A DNA stretch of 64,000 nt from Patescibacteria group bacterium (GCA_043823825.1 JBDRTU010000026.1:43-64042); one strand, 5' to 3'; shown: positions 19,399-29,589, counted from the first letter of the stretch. Numbers and translations are program-made. Notes: generated by a model not told the origin, from the letters alone.

Positions 19399-20564
19399 CG
19401 TACTATCTGTCTTGCAATAGCTAATTCCTCGTTTGTAGGAATAATGAGCTCAGGAATATCTTTAAGTTTAGGCAGACCCCTTATAATTAGTGTGCGAATA
19501 GTTTCATTGCGTTCACCAATATTACCAGTAAACACAATAGCATCTACTCTTCCTAAAATCGCGGCATAAGCGCCAATATACTTTTGCACTCTATAAATAT
19601 ACATTTTAAGCGCCAACCTTGCTCCCTCCTTTGCTTCTGCTGAAATTTTGCCCTGTGTCTTATATCCTAAAATTTCATATCCAGCTCGCACCATTAACTC
19701 CCGCATATCCTTAACTCCCGCAACTCCTAACCAGCCTGCTGAGTCATTAAGTAGCGCTCTGACGGCAACCGGCTTCATTTTCAGTTTATCTATTAAATGC
19801 AATACTAATCCAGGATCAAGATCGCCGCTTTGAGTAGCGCCCATTAATCCCTCTAGTGGTGTAAAGCCTGCTGAAGTATCAATTACCCTGCCGTACCTAA
19901 GAGCGGTAATGCTTGATCTTCCACCTAAGTAACAGGTAATTAAATTTAGCTTTGTTAAATCTTTATTCAAATTATTGGCTGTTTTTTCCGCAACATACTG
20001 ATGGGAAATACCATGCAAGCCAAAACGCTGCAATTTTTTTTTCTTTTGTATATCAATGGGTAGGGCGTAATATTTTGAGTAGTCTGGTAAATCACAATAC
20101 CAGGTAGTATCAAAAACCGCCCAATGATCAGCTTTGTTTAAAAATTTTAGACCGGCCTGAATCGTTATTATTTCCACTGTCCGGTGGGACAATGCCCCTA
20201 CTGTATTTTTAGTTAATACCGACAAATTTTTTAAGTTTAATTTAACTGGTTTGTCAAAATCAGTACTACCAAAAGCCACCCGGTGACCAACTTTTTTGAT
20301 CTGCTTTAATGGAAGTCCATGCCAAGCAATCAGCTTTAAAACATATGCCAGGGCCTGTTGATGACCACTTATTTTACTTTTAGCAACCACCAATTTACCT
20401 AATAAACGCCCCTCAGTAAAAGAATTAGACAAACCAATGCGCTCTACAGCCCCGCGTCCAATTTCTTCTAAATCAGGAGCAGTATAAAGCGCCCAGTTCA
20501 AAGAATCACCGCTGGTATTTAGTACCAAAAGATATGATGATTTGCTAGATAACTTAACCACCAT
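19395..20564 (-). CDS. ackA: Acetate kinase homolog with degenerate active-site motifs
   Basis: GHRV, VFDT, HGISH, DTSAGFTPLEGL, PTNEELAIA retained; several motifs altered (see findings). Confidence 0.8.
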   Translation of the reverse strand: MVVKLSSKSSYLLVLNTSGDSLNWALYTAPDLEEIGRGAVERIGLSNSFTEGRLLGKLVVAKSKISGHQQALAYVLKLIAWHGLPLKQIKKVGHRVAFGSTDFDKPVKLNLKNLSVLTKNTVGALSHRTVEIITIQAGLKFLNKADHWAVFDTTWYCDLPDYSKYYALPIDIQKKKKLQRFGLHGISHQYVAEKTANNLNKDLTKLNLITCYLGGRSSITALRYGRVIDTSAGFTPLEGLMGATQSGDLDPGLVLHLIDKLKMKPVAVRALLNDSAGWLGVAGVKDMRELMVRAGYEILGYKTQGKISAEAKEGARLALKMYIYRVQKYIGAYAAILGRVDAIVFTGNIGERNETIRTLIIRGLPKLKDIPELIIPTNEELAIARQIVR

Positions 20565-20580
20565 AATTCAAGCTTAAAAA

Positions 20581-21567
20581 TTATTTATGGTGCTGAAGAA
20601 GAAACTTTTTGATTTCTCCTCGGCGTAATAAACCTCGCTGAGCCCCCATTTTCAGAATCACTGAATTACTATTACTCATACCCCACCGCATGGCTTCAAT
20701 TAACTTTCCTCTTGAGTGTATAAAACCAGCCAACCACCCTGAACCAAAAGCATCACCAGCACCAATGGTATTAACCGCTTTTAATTTGTATGACGGATAA
20801 TAAATAAAACTTTTACCATCAAAACAATAAGCCCCTTTGGCTCCACAGGTGATAAGCACTATTTCTGGGCCTAAGCTCCACAAAGTTTTAAGTATCTGAG
20901 CTTCGTTTTTTGCTTTTTTACCTAAGTCGCGAACGAGCTTTGTCGCCTCTTCTTTATTTAAGTCCAATACCGTAAGATACTTTAGCAAAGGCTTAAGCGC
21001 TTTAGCAGAAGCTAGTTGTCGGCTTCCAGGATTCCAAAAAATCTTCTTGCCCGCACGACTGCTGGCAGTAAAAAATTTCCTTAACATAGCTGGCCAATTT
21101 AGTGTTGTGATGGCAGTTAAATAAAACCAATTATAAGTCCCACTGGCTAATTTAGTTTTAAGCTGAAGTCCAGAACTAGCACCTCGATCAACAAAAGCTA
21201 TATGCTCACGTGCAGCCCCTGATGTCACTATTAAAGACATAGCTGAATGACGCTCGCGGTCAAAAGTAATACTTTTAACATCTACCCTTTCTGCTTTAAG
21301 GTGGTTGATGATTTCCCTGCCGCGCCAATCTCGTCCCAAATGAGTATAAACACTTGCGCTAATACCCAAACGGTTAAGGCCAACAGAAACATTAGAAGCG
21401 CCTCCGCCGAAAGTATAAATAGTGTCCGAAGCATCTATTTTAGCACCATAGCTAAAAGCCAGCATTGACTTAGTCTTTTGGCCGCTTTTCCCTTTGATCA
21501 GTTTTGCTTGATCAGTGGTCAAAAGTGCATCCCAAGTAGCACTGCCAATAACACAAACTTTACTCAT
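20581..21567 (-). CDS. PfkB-family carbohydrate kinase
   Basis: GGGASNV, WNPG, LNKEEA, NTIGAGDAFGSG. Confidence 0.92.
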   Translation of the reverse strand: MSKVCVIGSATWDALLTTDQAKLIKGKSGQKTKSMLAFSYGAKIDASDTIYTFGGGASNVSVGLNRLGISASVYTHLGRDWRGREIINHLKAERVDVKSITFDRERHSAMSLIVTSGAAREHIAFVDRGASSGLQLKTKLASGTYNWFYLTAITTLNWPAMLRKFFTASSRAGKKIFWNPGSRQLASAKALKPLLKYLTVLDLNKEEATKLVRDLGKKAKNEAQILKTLWSLGPEIVLITCGAKGAYCFDGKSFIYYPSYKLKAVNTIGAGDAFGSGWLAGFIHSRGKLIEAMRWGMSNSNSVILKMGAQRGLLRRGEIKKFLLQHHK

Positions 21568-21647
21568 AACAAGCTAAGTATAACATGATTTTTACTATCA
21601 ACCAATAAATATGGATCAAAAAGTCCTAGCAGTATATAATAATAAAT

Positions 21648-21992
21648 ATGAGGATCTACTTTGCCCGCCTAACGGGAATTATTCTAACCGCTGCTGGTTT
21701 CTTTGGCTTTTTTATTATCCAAATCAAGTATCTAATACAACTAGATTTATGGCAAAGTCTGGTTTATTTAGTTTTAGGAGTATTTGGCCTATATTACGGC
21801 TTCTTTAGTTCAAATCAAAAATATCTCAAAAGTTATCTTAATACTACTACTGCAGTAATGATGATCTTCCTGTTAATTGGGCTCACCTTTCCAAACTTAC
21901 TAGACCTGTTTCATTTAGAGGAAGAAGAGCACCTATTCCATGCTATACTTTTTCTTTATGGCGTAATTACTAATGGAGTGACAAAAACCTAA
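21648..21992 (+). CDS. Hypothetical 4-TM membrane protein
   Basis: Hydrophobic ORF with TATAAT just upstream. Confidence 0.7.
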   Translation: MRIYFARLTGIILTAAGFFGFFIIQIKYLIQLDLWQSLVYLVLGVFGLYYGFFSSNQKYLKSYLNTTTAVMMIFLLIGLTFPNLLDLFHLEEEEHLFHAILFLYGVITNGVTKT

Positions 21993-21993
21993 A

Positions 21994-22359
21994 CTACTTT
22001 TCTATGTTTAAAGCTTGCTGTAAACATTCTAAAGACAATAAGGCACACTTTAGTCTATTGGGGCCAACCTCTATATTAAGGAACATAAGCATTTTCTGCT
22101 TATCCCATTTTTTTAATTCCTCAACAGATTTTTCAATTACTTGTTCAAGTAAAATAGAGGCTCCAGCTTGAGACAAAACACATCCCTCGCCCACAAAACC
22201 AGCCTCAACAACTTTACCTTTTTCTACCACCAGTTCAATTTCTAAACCATCCCCACACAAGGGATTAACGTGCTCTGATCTTGCAGTAGGGTTTTTTAAT
22301 TTCCCTTGCTGACGTGGATGTTTGTAATGATCTAATATATTAGCTTGGTATAAATCCAT
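21994..22359 (-). CDS. sufU: SufU/IscU-like Fe-S scaffold or sulfur-transfer protein
   Basis: LYQANILDHYKHP, NPLCGD, GEGCVLSQA, RLKCALL. Confidence 0.9.
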   Translation of the reverse strand: MDLYQANILDHYKHPRQQGKLKNPTARSEHVNPLCGDGLEIELVVEKGKVVEAGFVGEGCVLSQAGASILLEQVIEKSVEELKKWDKQKMLMFLNIEVGPNRLKCALLSLECLQQALNIEK

Positions 22360-22395
22360 GATGTAATATCAAAATGTAAAAATCAAAAATTAAAA

Positions 22396-23616
22396 TTAGG
22401 CTAACATTTTTTTTGCTTTTTCTAACGCCTCTACTAACCTATCAATATCCTCAGCGGTATTATAAATACTACAACTGGCACGGGTAGTGGCCACCAAGCC
22501 AAATTTTTTGTGCAAAGGCGCGTTGCAGTGATGCCCAACGCGCACTGCTACACCAGACTCATTTAAAATTCCTGCTACGTCATGGGCATGAACTTTTTCT
22601 AAAGTAAAAGAAAATAACGAACCGCGACTAGAAATTTCGCTGGGGCCGAATAATTTTAATCCCTTAACTATCTTCAGTTTAGCCAAACCGTATTCAGTGA
22701 GCGATCGCTCATGTTCAATAATATTAGACCAACCCAACTTGTAAATAAATTTTACAGCCTCACCTAAGCCAATCACCTCGGAAATAGGCGGAGTGCCAGC
22801 TTCAAATTTTGCTGGCAACTCAGCCCAAGTAGCGCGATCATACCAAACATCTTCGATCATGTGCCCACCAGTTAAAAAAGGCGGAATTTTTTTCAAAATA
22901 TCCTTTTTACCATAAAGCACACCAACCCCACTGGGGCCAAATATTTTATGGCCAGAAAAAGCTAAAAATTCACAATCCAACTCCTTAACATTAATTGGAT
23001 AATGCGCTGCTGCTTGCGCAGCATCAATTAAGACCCAAGCCCCGAGTTTATGTGCTATATGAATAATCAATTTTATATCGTTCACTGTACCTAACGCATT
23101 AGACATTGCTGTTACGGCAACAATTTTAGTTTTACTATTTATCAACTCGTCTAATTTACTTATATCTAATCTAAAATCATGGCCAACCGGTATTAGCCTT
23201 AACTTTGCTCCAGCGCGTGCTGCTGCTTGCTGCCAAGGAATTAAGTTAGCATGATGCTCCATTTCTGTAACCAAAATTTCATCGCCAGGCTTTAGCATAC
23301 TAGATACTGAATAAGCTACCAGGTTTATAGATTCAGTAGTGTTTTTGGTAAAAATTATTTCTGTAGGTTCTTGTGCGCCTATAAATTTTGCTATCTCTAT
23401 GCGAGCCTCTTCATACTGCCTGGTTGCCTCCTCTGCCAAATCGTAAATTCCCCTATGTATATTGGCATAGGTGGTTTTATACACTGCGTCCATCGCATCT
23501 AAAACCGACTGCGGTTTTTGCGCTGAAGCAGCACTATCTAAAAACGCCCAAGACTTCCCTGCTTTCGTTTGAGAAAAAATTGGGAATTGCTTTTTAATTG
23601 AATTTGGATCCAACAT
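22396..23616 (-). CDS. sufS: Cysteine desulfurase SufS
   Basis: LDSAASAQKP, EHHAN, SGHK, RVGHHC. Confidence 0.95.
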   Translation of the reverse strand: MLDPNSIKKQFPIFSQTKAGKSWAFLDSAASAQKPQSVLDAMDAVYKTTYANIHRGIYDLAEEATRQYEEARIEIAKFIGAQEPTEIIFTKNTTESINLVAYSVSSMLKPGDEILVTEMEHHANLIPWQQAAARAGAKLRLIPVGHDFRLDISKLDELINSKTKIVAVTAMSNALGTVNDIKLIIHIAHKLGAWVLIDAAQAAAHYPINVKELDCEFLAFSGHKIFGPSGVGVLYGKKDILKKIPPFLTGGHMIEDVWYDRATWAELPAKFEAGTPPISEVIGLGEAVKFIYKLGWSNIIEHERSLTEYGLAKLKIVKGLKLFGPSEISSRGSLFSFTLEKVHAHDVAGILNESGVAVRVGHHCNAPLHKKFGLVATTRASCSIYNTAEDIDRLVEALEKAKKMLA

Positions 23617-23646
23617 AATTGCTACTAGTCTACACTAAATTAACTA

Positions 23647-24396
23647 TCAAATCAAGTCCCCCTGCAGTTTAGGGTCTACCCCAACTAGTGCCGGTTTTAA
23701 AAAGGCTTTAAGTAATAATAATAAGGCTTGCTCCTCCCAAATTCCCCGCGAGCGTAAATAAAAAAATTCTTCAGGAGAAAGTTGACCAATAGTAACGCCG
23801 TGCGAGGCTTTAACATTATTAGTTAAAATTTCCATACGAGGATCGGAGGTTGCCTTACTCTTCTCCCCAACTAGCACGGCTTTATCAGAAAGATAAGTGT
23901 CTGTACCGTGCGCCTCCCTTCCTACTTTTAGGGTACACGCAAAAGCTCCAGTTGCTTCTTGTTGTAAAATGCGACGCGAAATAATACGGCCAACCGTATT
24001 AACTGCCTGGTGATTTATTAAACACTCAACTTTGCCGTGTCCATTATTTTGATCCACTAGCGCTAGTTGCAAATGGCAGTCAGACCTCTCGCCAATTAAA
24101 TCAACATTAAATTTAATAGTATAATTTTTCTGCTGCCTGCCAAGTAAAGTTATAGTTAAACGCGCATTCTTTTCCACCCGACAATTTATTTTGGAACTTG
24201 GGCAAACACCATGCAAAATTAGATGAACTCCCGCGCCAGCTTGAAGTTGTAATTCCAACTTCTGTAGCCCTGTCTGCTTGGGCACCAGAATTTCGGCCAC
24301 TGAATTCTTTTCCACTAACAAATTGCGGCTCTGATTCCCCGGCGCCAACTGGACCACTGTTCGCCCACTAATCTTTCCCAACCTTTCCATGTTCAT
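23647..24396 (-). CDS. sufD: SufD-like Fe-S assembly protein (short)
   Basis: P.MEI....VKASHGVTIG...FYLRSRGI; position in operon. Confidence 0.85.
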   Translation of the reverse strand: MNMERLGKISGRTVVQLAPGNQSRNLLVEKNSVAEILVPKQTGLQKLELQLQAGAGVHLILHGVCPSSKINCRVEKNARLTITLLGRQQKNYTIKFNVDLIGERSDCHLQLALVDQNNGHGKVECLINHQAVNTVGRIISRRILQQEATGAFACTLKVGREAHGTDTYLSDKAVLVGEKSKATSDPRMEILTNNVKASHGVTIGQLSPEEFFYLRSRGIWEEQALLLLLKAFLKPALVGVDPKLQGDLI

Positions 24397-24457
24397 AATA
24401 TTAACTAGTTCTTATTTGTTAATTTAGTTAAATAGTTAAATAGCAACAAACACCAAA

Positions 24458-25870
24458 TTAGCCAACTGATCCTTCCATCTCTAACTGAATTAAACGATTT
24501 AGCTCAAGTGCGTATTCCATAGGCAATTCTTTAGCGATTGGCTCAATAAAACCAGAAACAATCAAGGAAGTAGCTTCTAATTCTGATAAACCACGCGAGC
24601 GCAAATAAAATAATTGTTCATCCCCTACTTTTGAAACTGTGGCCTCGTGCTCAATTTTTGCATCTCGAGTTTTAATGTCATTAGTGGGATAAGTATCAGA
24701 TCGTGATTCTGCGTCCATAAGCAAAGCATCGCATCTTACTTTAGCTTGAGAATTTTTTGCTTGTGGCGCTACGTGCAATAAACCGCGATAACTAGTGCGT
24801 CCTCCCCCACGGGCTATTGATTTAGAAACAATATTGGAGCTGGTATTAGGGGCTAAATGTATAGCCTTTGCGCCAGAATCTTGATGCTGGCGTTGCCCGG
24901 CATAAGATAGACTTAAAATATCAGCCTTGGAGCCAGCGCCCTTCATAAATACTGATGGATACTTCATAGTGACCTTACTACCAAAATTACCATCTACCCA
25001 TTCCACTATGGCTCCCTCTTCAGCAACTACTCGTTTGGTAACCAGATTATAAACATCGTTAGACCAATTCTGTATAGTAGTGTAGCGTACGCGAGAATAT
25101 GGTTTGGCGATAATCTCCACTACAGCGCAGTGAAGTGAATCAACAGAATAAACCGGTGCTGTGCATCCCTCAACATAATTCACATAACTCCCTTCTTCAG
25201 CCACAATTAAAGTCCTTTCAAACTGACCCATATTTTGGGCATTGAGCCTAAAGTATGCTTGTAAAGGAACCGTTACCTGCACCCCGGCTGGCACATAAAC
25301 AAAACTGCCGCCCGACCACGCTGCCGTGTTAAGCGCCGCAAACTTATTGTCGTTTAAAGGAATTACGGTGCCAAAATATTTTTTTACAATCTCTGGATGC
25401 TCTCGTAATCCTGAATCCATATCCATAAATATTACGCCTTGTTTTTTCCACTCTTCTTTTAGATTGTGATAAACAGCTTCGGAATCGTACTGCGCCCCCA
25501 CACCTGATAAAAATTTAGCCTCGGCCTGGCGAATACCTAGTTTTTCAAATGTTTTTTTAATGGTGTCAGGCACTTTGTCCCAAGACGCTGCTTGCCTTTC
25601 TGACGACTTTAAATAATAAGTAATTGCTTGATAATTAATTTGCGATATGCGAGCGCCCCAAGTTGGCACCTGTCGCTTATCAAACGCTTGCAATGCTTTA
25701 AGCCGCAGCTCTCTCATCCAAGCAGATTCCCCCTTAATTGATGATATTTCCTCAACTACTTTTTTGGAAAGGCCTGGTGGAATAGAATAAACCGGCTTGA
25801 TATCATCATAAAAACCAAACCGATAAGAATTCCCTGATTTCAGCTGTGTATCTTGTAATAATTTTGCCAT
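24458..25870 (-). CDS. sufB: Fe-S assembly protein SufB
   Basis: GQFERTLI, YVEGCTAP, VTMKYPS, HEATVSK, ELPMEYA. Confidence 0.97.
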   Translation of the reverse strand: MAKLLQDTQLKSGNSYRFGFYDDIKPVYSIPPGLSKKVVEEISSIKGESAWMRELRLKALQAFDKRQVPTWGARISQINYQAITYYLKSSERQAASWDKVPDTIKKTFEKLGIRQAEAKFLSGVGAQYDSEAVYHNLKEEWKKQGVIFMDMDSGLREHPEIVKKYFGTVIPLNDNKFAALNTAAWSGGSFVYVPAGVQVTVPLQAYFRLNAQNMGQFERTLIVAEEGSYVNYVEGCTAPVYSVDSLHCAVVEIIAKPYSRVRYTTIQNWSNDVYNLVTKRVVAEEGAIVEWVDGNFGSKVTMKYPSVFMKGAGSKADILSLSYAGQRQHQDSGAKAIHLAPNTSSNIVSKSIARGGGRTSYRGLLHVAPQAKNSQAKVRCDALLMDAESRSDTYPTNDIKTRDAKIEHEATVSKVGDEQLFYLRSRGLSELEATSLIVSGFIEPIAKELPMEYALELNRLIQLEMEGSVG

Positions 25871-25918
25871 CTTCTTATTCGCGCGAATTAGAAAGTAGTT
25901 CTATAGTTAAATTAAGGG

Positions 25919-26668
25919 CTACGCGACTAATTGCTTATAACCTGTCCGTTCAACGAGATCAACTAGTTCCTCCCCTGCTGACTTAACTATTTTCCCGTTT
26001 ACTAAAACATGAACGTGAGTCGGCTTTAGATAATACAACAACCGCTGGTAATGTGTTATTACTAATACACTAGTCTTCGGACCCACAAACTCTTTGACTG
26101 TCTTAGCCACTAATTTTAAAGCATCAATGTCTAAGCCAGAGTCAGTTTCGTCTAAAATTGCTACTTTCGGCTTTAGGATTAGGAGTTGTAAAATTTCTAA
26201 GCGCTTCTTTTCTCCACCAGAAAAACTATCATTAACACTACGGCTGAAAAAATCTGGATTGAGTTTTAGACGTTTCCCTGCTTGGTTGAGTAGTATTTCA
26301 ACATCGGATGCGGATAACGGTTTTAGTTTTTCTGCAGTACGCCTAGCGTTTAAAGTACTTAATAAAAAATCTCTGACACTTAAACCCGGAATCGCCACTG
26401 GATACTGAAATGCCAAAAACAAACCTCGCTGCGCCCGCTCCTCTGCCTTAAGCACTAACACATCCCTCCCCGCTAATAAAGCCTGCCCACCTGCAATTTC
26501 ATAGTTCGGATGTCCAGCTAAAGCCGCGGCTAAAGTAGATTTACCGCTGCCATTTGGCCCCATCAGCGCATGCACTTCTCCAGCACCTATTGATAAAGAT
26601 AGGTCGCGGATTATAACCTTGCCTTCAACTTTTATTTGCAAATTTTTTATCTCTAATAAATTTGACAT
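25919..26668 (-). CDS. sufC: Fe-S assembly ATPase SufC
   Basis: GPNGSGKST, LAFQYP, FSGGEKKR, LDETDSGLDID, ITHYQRLL. Confidence 0.97.
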   Translation of the reverse strand: MSNLLEIKNLQIKVEGKVIIRDLSLSIGAGEVHALMGPNGSGKSTLAAALAGHPNYEIAGGQALLAGRDVLVLKAEERAQRGLFLAFQYPVAIPGLSVRDFLLSTLNARRTAEKLKPLSASDVEILLNQAGKRLKLNPDFFSRSVNDSFSGGEKKRLEILQLLILKPKVAILDETDSGLDIDALKLVAKTVKEFVGPKTSVLVITHYQRLLYYLKPTHVHVLVNGKIVKSAGEELVDLVERTGYKQLVA

Positions 26669-26676
26669 TGGGCAAT

Positions 26677-27282
26677 TTATTTTAACCTACTAGCCACCTC
26701 ATCCCAGTTAACAACATTCCACCAAGCCTTAATATAATCAGGTCTCTTATTCTGATATTTTAAATAATAAGCGTGTTCCCAAACATCTAGTACTAAGAGT
26801 GGGGTTAAACCCTGCGTAATAGGGCTATCTTGATTAGGTGTAGTGATAACGCTAAGTTTCTTTGAACTATCGCTAACGACCCAGACCCAGCCACTACCAA
26901 AAAGTTTAGTAGCTGCGTCGGTAAAATTATCACGCAACTTTTTAAACTCTCCAAAATTTTTATTTAGCATATCTGCTAGCTCGCCGCTTGGCTCCACTCC
27001 TCCACCAGCCGGCGGATTCATACTAGTCCAAAAGAGTGAATGATTATAATGACCACCGCCATTATTTATTACGGCGCCTCGCACTGCTTCAGGAACTTGA
27101 GCTAAATTACCCAACAGCTCTTCTAGAGACTTGTCTTTAAGTTCTGGTACTTTCTCAAGAGCTTCATTTAATTTATTAACATAAGTTTGATGGTGTTTAG
27201 AATGGTGAATTTCCATAGTTCCTTTATCAATAAACGGCTCTAAAGCATCATAACTGTATAGTAGTTTTGGTAAAGAAAACAT
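26677..27282 (-). CDS. sodA: Fe/Mn superoxide dismutase
   Basis: [30 protein letters not shown]. Confidence 0.95.
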   Translation of the reverse strand: MFSLPKLLYSYDALEPFIDKGTMEIHHSKHHQTYVNKLNEALEKVPELKDKSLEELLGNLAQVPEAVRGAVINNGGGHYNHSLFWTSMNPPAGGGVEPSGELADMLNKNFGEFKKLRDNFTDAATKLFGSGWVWVVSDSSKKLSVITTPNQDSPITQGLTPLLVLDVWEHAYYLKYQNKRPDYIKAWWNVVNWDEVASRLK

Positions 27283-27292
27283 AATTTTTAAA

Positions 27293-27715
27293 TTAAGGAT
27301 TAGTAGTTAGATTAGATTTTTTATAAAGATCAGCTAAGCTGTAACTGTCCAAGATAGAATAAATTTTATGATGAATAGCGCACCATCCTTGTTTCATTAA
27401 ACATAATTTTTCACGAATACAATTTGCCCGGTCACTAGTGCACTTAGTGGGCGCTAAATCGCCTTCCAAAATTGTTAGCACTTCGACTAATTTAATTTGG
27501 TAGGCTGGACGAGCTAAAATGTAACCACCACCAGCACCCTCTTTACTAACGATAATATTTGCCCGCTTTAAAGTGGCGGCCAGCCGTTCAATGTATTTAA
27601 GCGGCAATTTTTTTTGACGCGATATTTCCTTAAGTGAAATTAATCGTTTTGGCCGCTGGACCAGGGCTTCTAAGAAACTAAGTCCATAATCGCCTTTTGT
27701 TGATAATCCAAACAT
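27293..27715 (-). CDS. Rrf2-family regulator with three C-terminal Cys (IscR-like Fe-S sensor)
   Basis: [24 protein letters not shown]-x6-C-x5-C. Confidence 0.9.
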   Translation of the reverse strand: MFGLSTKGDYGLSFLEALVQRPKRLISLKEISRQKKLPLKYIERLAATLKRANIIVSKEGAGGGYILARPAYQIKLVEVLTILEGDLAPTKCTSDRANCIREKLCLMKQGWCAIHHKIYSILDSYSLADLYKKSNLTTNP

Positions 27716-27725
27716 ATAAATAAAT

Positions 27726-27775
27726 TACTCCTACCCTCTAAGTAGGAGTATAAACAACATCAAAAATCGTGTCAA
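27726..27775 (-). promoter_or_regulatory. Promoter TTGACA-N17-TATACT overlapped by a 9-7-9 inverted repeat (predicted Rrf2 operator)
   Basis: TACTCCTAC-cctctaa-GTAGGAGTA at 27726-27750 overlaps -10 (27747-27752); -35 at 27770-27775. Confidence 0.75.
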
Positions 27776-27822
27776 GTTCTAAAAGTATACTCCAATTCCA
27801 AGTATCGGAGTTTGCTGTTCTT

Positions 27823-27949
27823 TCTGACACACCGTTATGCTCATCTCGCACGCCGTAGCGCCTTGAGTTTTCTGGGGGAGAATCACCTACTAGCATCTGA
27901 TCTGATTCGCTAATGCTAAGTATTGGGGCCTGGCACAAAGGCGTGTCAA
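27823..27949 (-). ncRNA. Candidate structured RNA (closing stem plus internal hairpins)
   Basis: TGACACGCC..TGTGC pairs with GCATA..GGTGTGTCA using G-U on minus strand; inner TAGCAT/ATGCTA stem. Confidence 0.4.
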
Positions 27950-27959
27950 GTAACCGCTG

Positions 27960-28658
27960 TTATTTTTTCTTTTTCTGATGTTTTCTTTGTTTAGCTATTT
28001 GTAGTAAAAAAGTAACTGCAACAAAAACGATGGCCGACACTAAACCAATTAATACCATACTACCTGATTTATTAACCTTTATAGTAGATGCTGTTTTAGT
28101 TGTTGCTAAATCATCTAGTTTGGGCGTGCTGCTAAGTAATTGATTGTCTTCAGTAAGGGTGATGTCTTCCACTAAATCTAGAATCGTAAAGGTGGCGGCC
28201 TCTAAGGCACCAATCAAATTGGTTTCATGACTATTAGTTGCCTTAACATAACCCTCACTCACTTGCACTATCGCCTTCCCTAAAGAGATGGTTTTAAAAG
28301 TAATACTAACTAGACTAGTCTCGTCACCAACATACCCTCCCTCTTTGATTATTCCTACAAAAGTAACTTTACCTTTACTATTGGCAAATGTTGGTTCCAC
28401 AGGCCAATCAGAAATAATACTGTCACTAGTTTCTAATTTAGTTACTCTCAACTTGCTTTTATCAAAACTAATAGTAGAGCCAACTTCATTCACTAAATAC
28501 TCACCAGTCGCTAATTTAACTTCCACAGTTATTAAACTACCCTTAGTATAAAGACCGCTGGTGGGCAATAAAAAAATGGTACTAGCAGACGAAGCTGGTA
28601 GCACCCAAATCAGATTAACTAATATTCCTAAAGCAAGTATTTTACAGCTACTCCACAT
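27960..28658 (-). CDS. Exported cohesin-like domain protein with C-terminal membrane anchor
   Basis: Signal peptide, beta-rich cohesin-like pattern (ISFDKSKLRV...LVSITFK), S/T linker, C-terminal TM and basic tail. Confidence 0.7.
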   Translation of the reverse strand: MWSSCKILALGILVNLIWVLPASSASTIFLLPTSGLYTKGSLITVEVKLATGEYLVNEVGSTISFDKSKLRVTKLETSDSIISDWPVEPTFANSKGKVTFVGIIKEGGYVGDETSLVSITFKTISLGKAIVQVSEGYVKATNSHETNLIGALEAATFTILDLVEDITLTEDNQLLSSTPKLDDLATTKTASTIKVNKSGSMVLIGLVSAIVFVAVTFLLQIAKQRKHQKKKK

Positions 28659-28692
28659 GTTTATTTTACTTAAGGAAATTATGAAAAGATTT

Positions 28693-29589
28693 TTAATGTC
28701 GGTCTGTAAGCTTGTACCATTCTACTAACAAAGGAGAAGCAATAAAAATAGATGAATAAGTACCTATAGCAATACCCACAATTAAAGCTAAAGCAAAATA
28801 GTGAATGGTTGAACCGCCATAAAAAAATAAAGCTGCCAACACCAGTAAAGTTGTTAAAGAAGTATTAATTGAGCGAGTTAAAGTATCGTTGATGCTTTTG
28901 TTAACAACTTGATCAAAACTACCAATTATTCCTCTAAATAAATTTTCGCGAGTTCTGTCAAACACCACGATAGTATCATGCACCGAAAAACCTAACACAG
29001 TTAGTATTGCCGAAACAAATAAACTATCAACTTCAACATTTAGATAATGCCCCAATACAGAAAAAATTCCAACTGTAATTAAAACATCATGCGCTAAAGC
29101 GGCAATAGCTGATAAACCATACTTCCACGATGCAACTGGTTTCGCCACTTTACGAAAGGCCCAAGCAATATACAAAATAATGAAAATCAAAGCAAAACCA
29201 ATTACCCACAAGGCGCGTTTGCCTAATTCGGCGCCTAAGGTTGGGCCAATAGACTCAAAGCGTTTACTTTGAATATCACCATGGTTTTCTCTGAGTAAGC
29301 TCAAAATACTTTGATGCTCATCTTCGGAAACATCGCGAAAACGAAATATCACGTCCTGCTCCCCAGTTGGCTGAATTACTACTCCACCCAGGTTAAAAGG
29401 TTCTAAGGTTTGATGTAATTGATCGTTAGTTGGTCGCTCGTTAATAAAAGCAACCTCTAGTAAAGATCCACCAGTAAAATCAATGCCAAGATTTAGACCC
29501 CAAAAAGATAAACTGACAACGCTGGCAACAATCAGTAGTGTTGAAAAAATATAGCCTATTTTACGATTAGCAATAAAATTTATTTTCAT
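28693..29589 (-). CDS. secF: Protein translocase subunit SecF
   Basis: GIDFTGGS, HDTIVVFDRTRE, GTYSSIFIASP. Confidence 0.97.
   Translation of the reverse strand: MKINFIANRKIGYIFSTLLIVASVVSLSFWGLNLGIDFTGGSLLEVAFINERPTNDQLHQTLEPFNLGGVVIQPTGEQDVIFRFRDVSEDEHQSILSLLRENHGDIQSKRFESIGPTLGAELGKRALWVIGFALIFIILYIAWAFRKVAKPVASWKYGLSAIAALAHDVLITVGIFSVLGHYLNVEVDSLFVSAILTVLGFSVHDTIVVFDRTRENLFRGIIGSFDQVVNKSINDTLTRSINTSLTTLLVLAALFFYGGSTIHYFALALIVGIAIGTYSSIFIASPLLVEWYKLTDRH

Noticed and set aside
27870-27925. TPP-riboswitch-like words (GGGG...CTGATCTG...TAATGC) on plus strand
   Set aside because: No CTGAGA or AGCG..GG in the right order, no downstream plus-strand gene, and G-U pairs favour the minus strand
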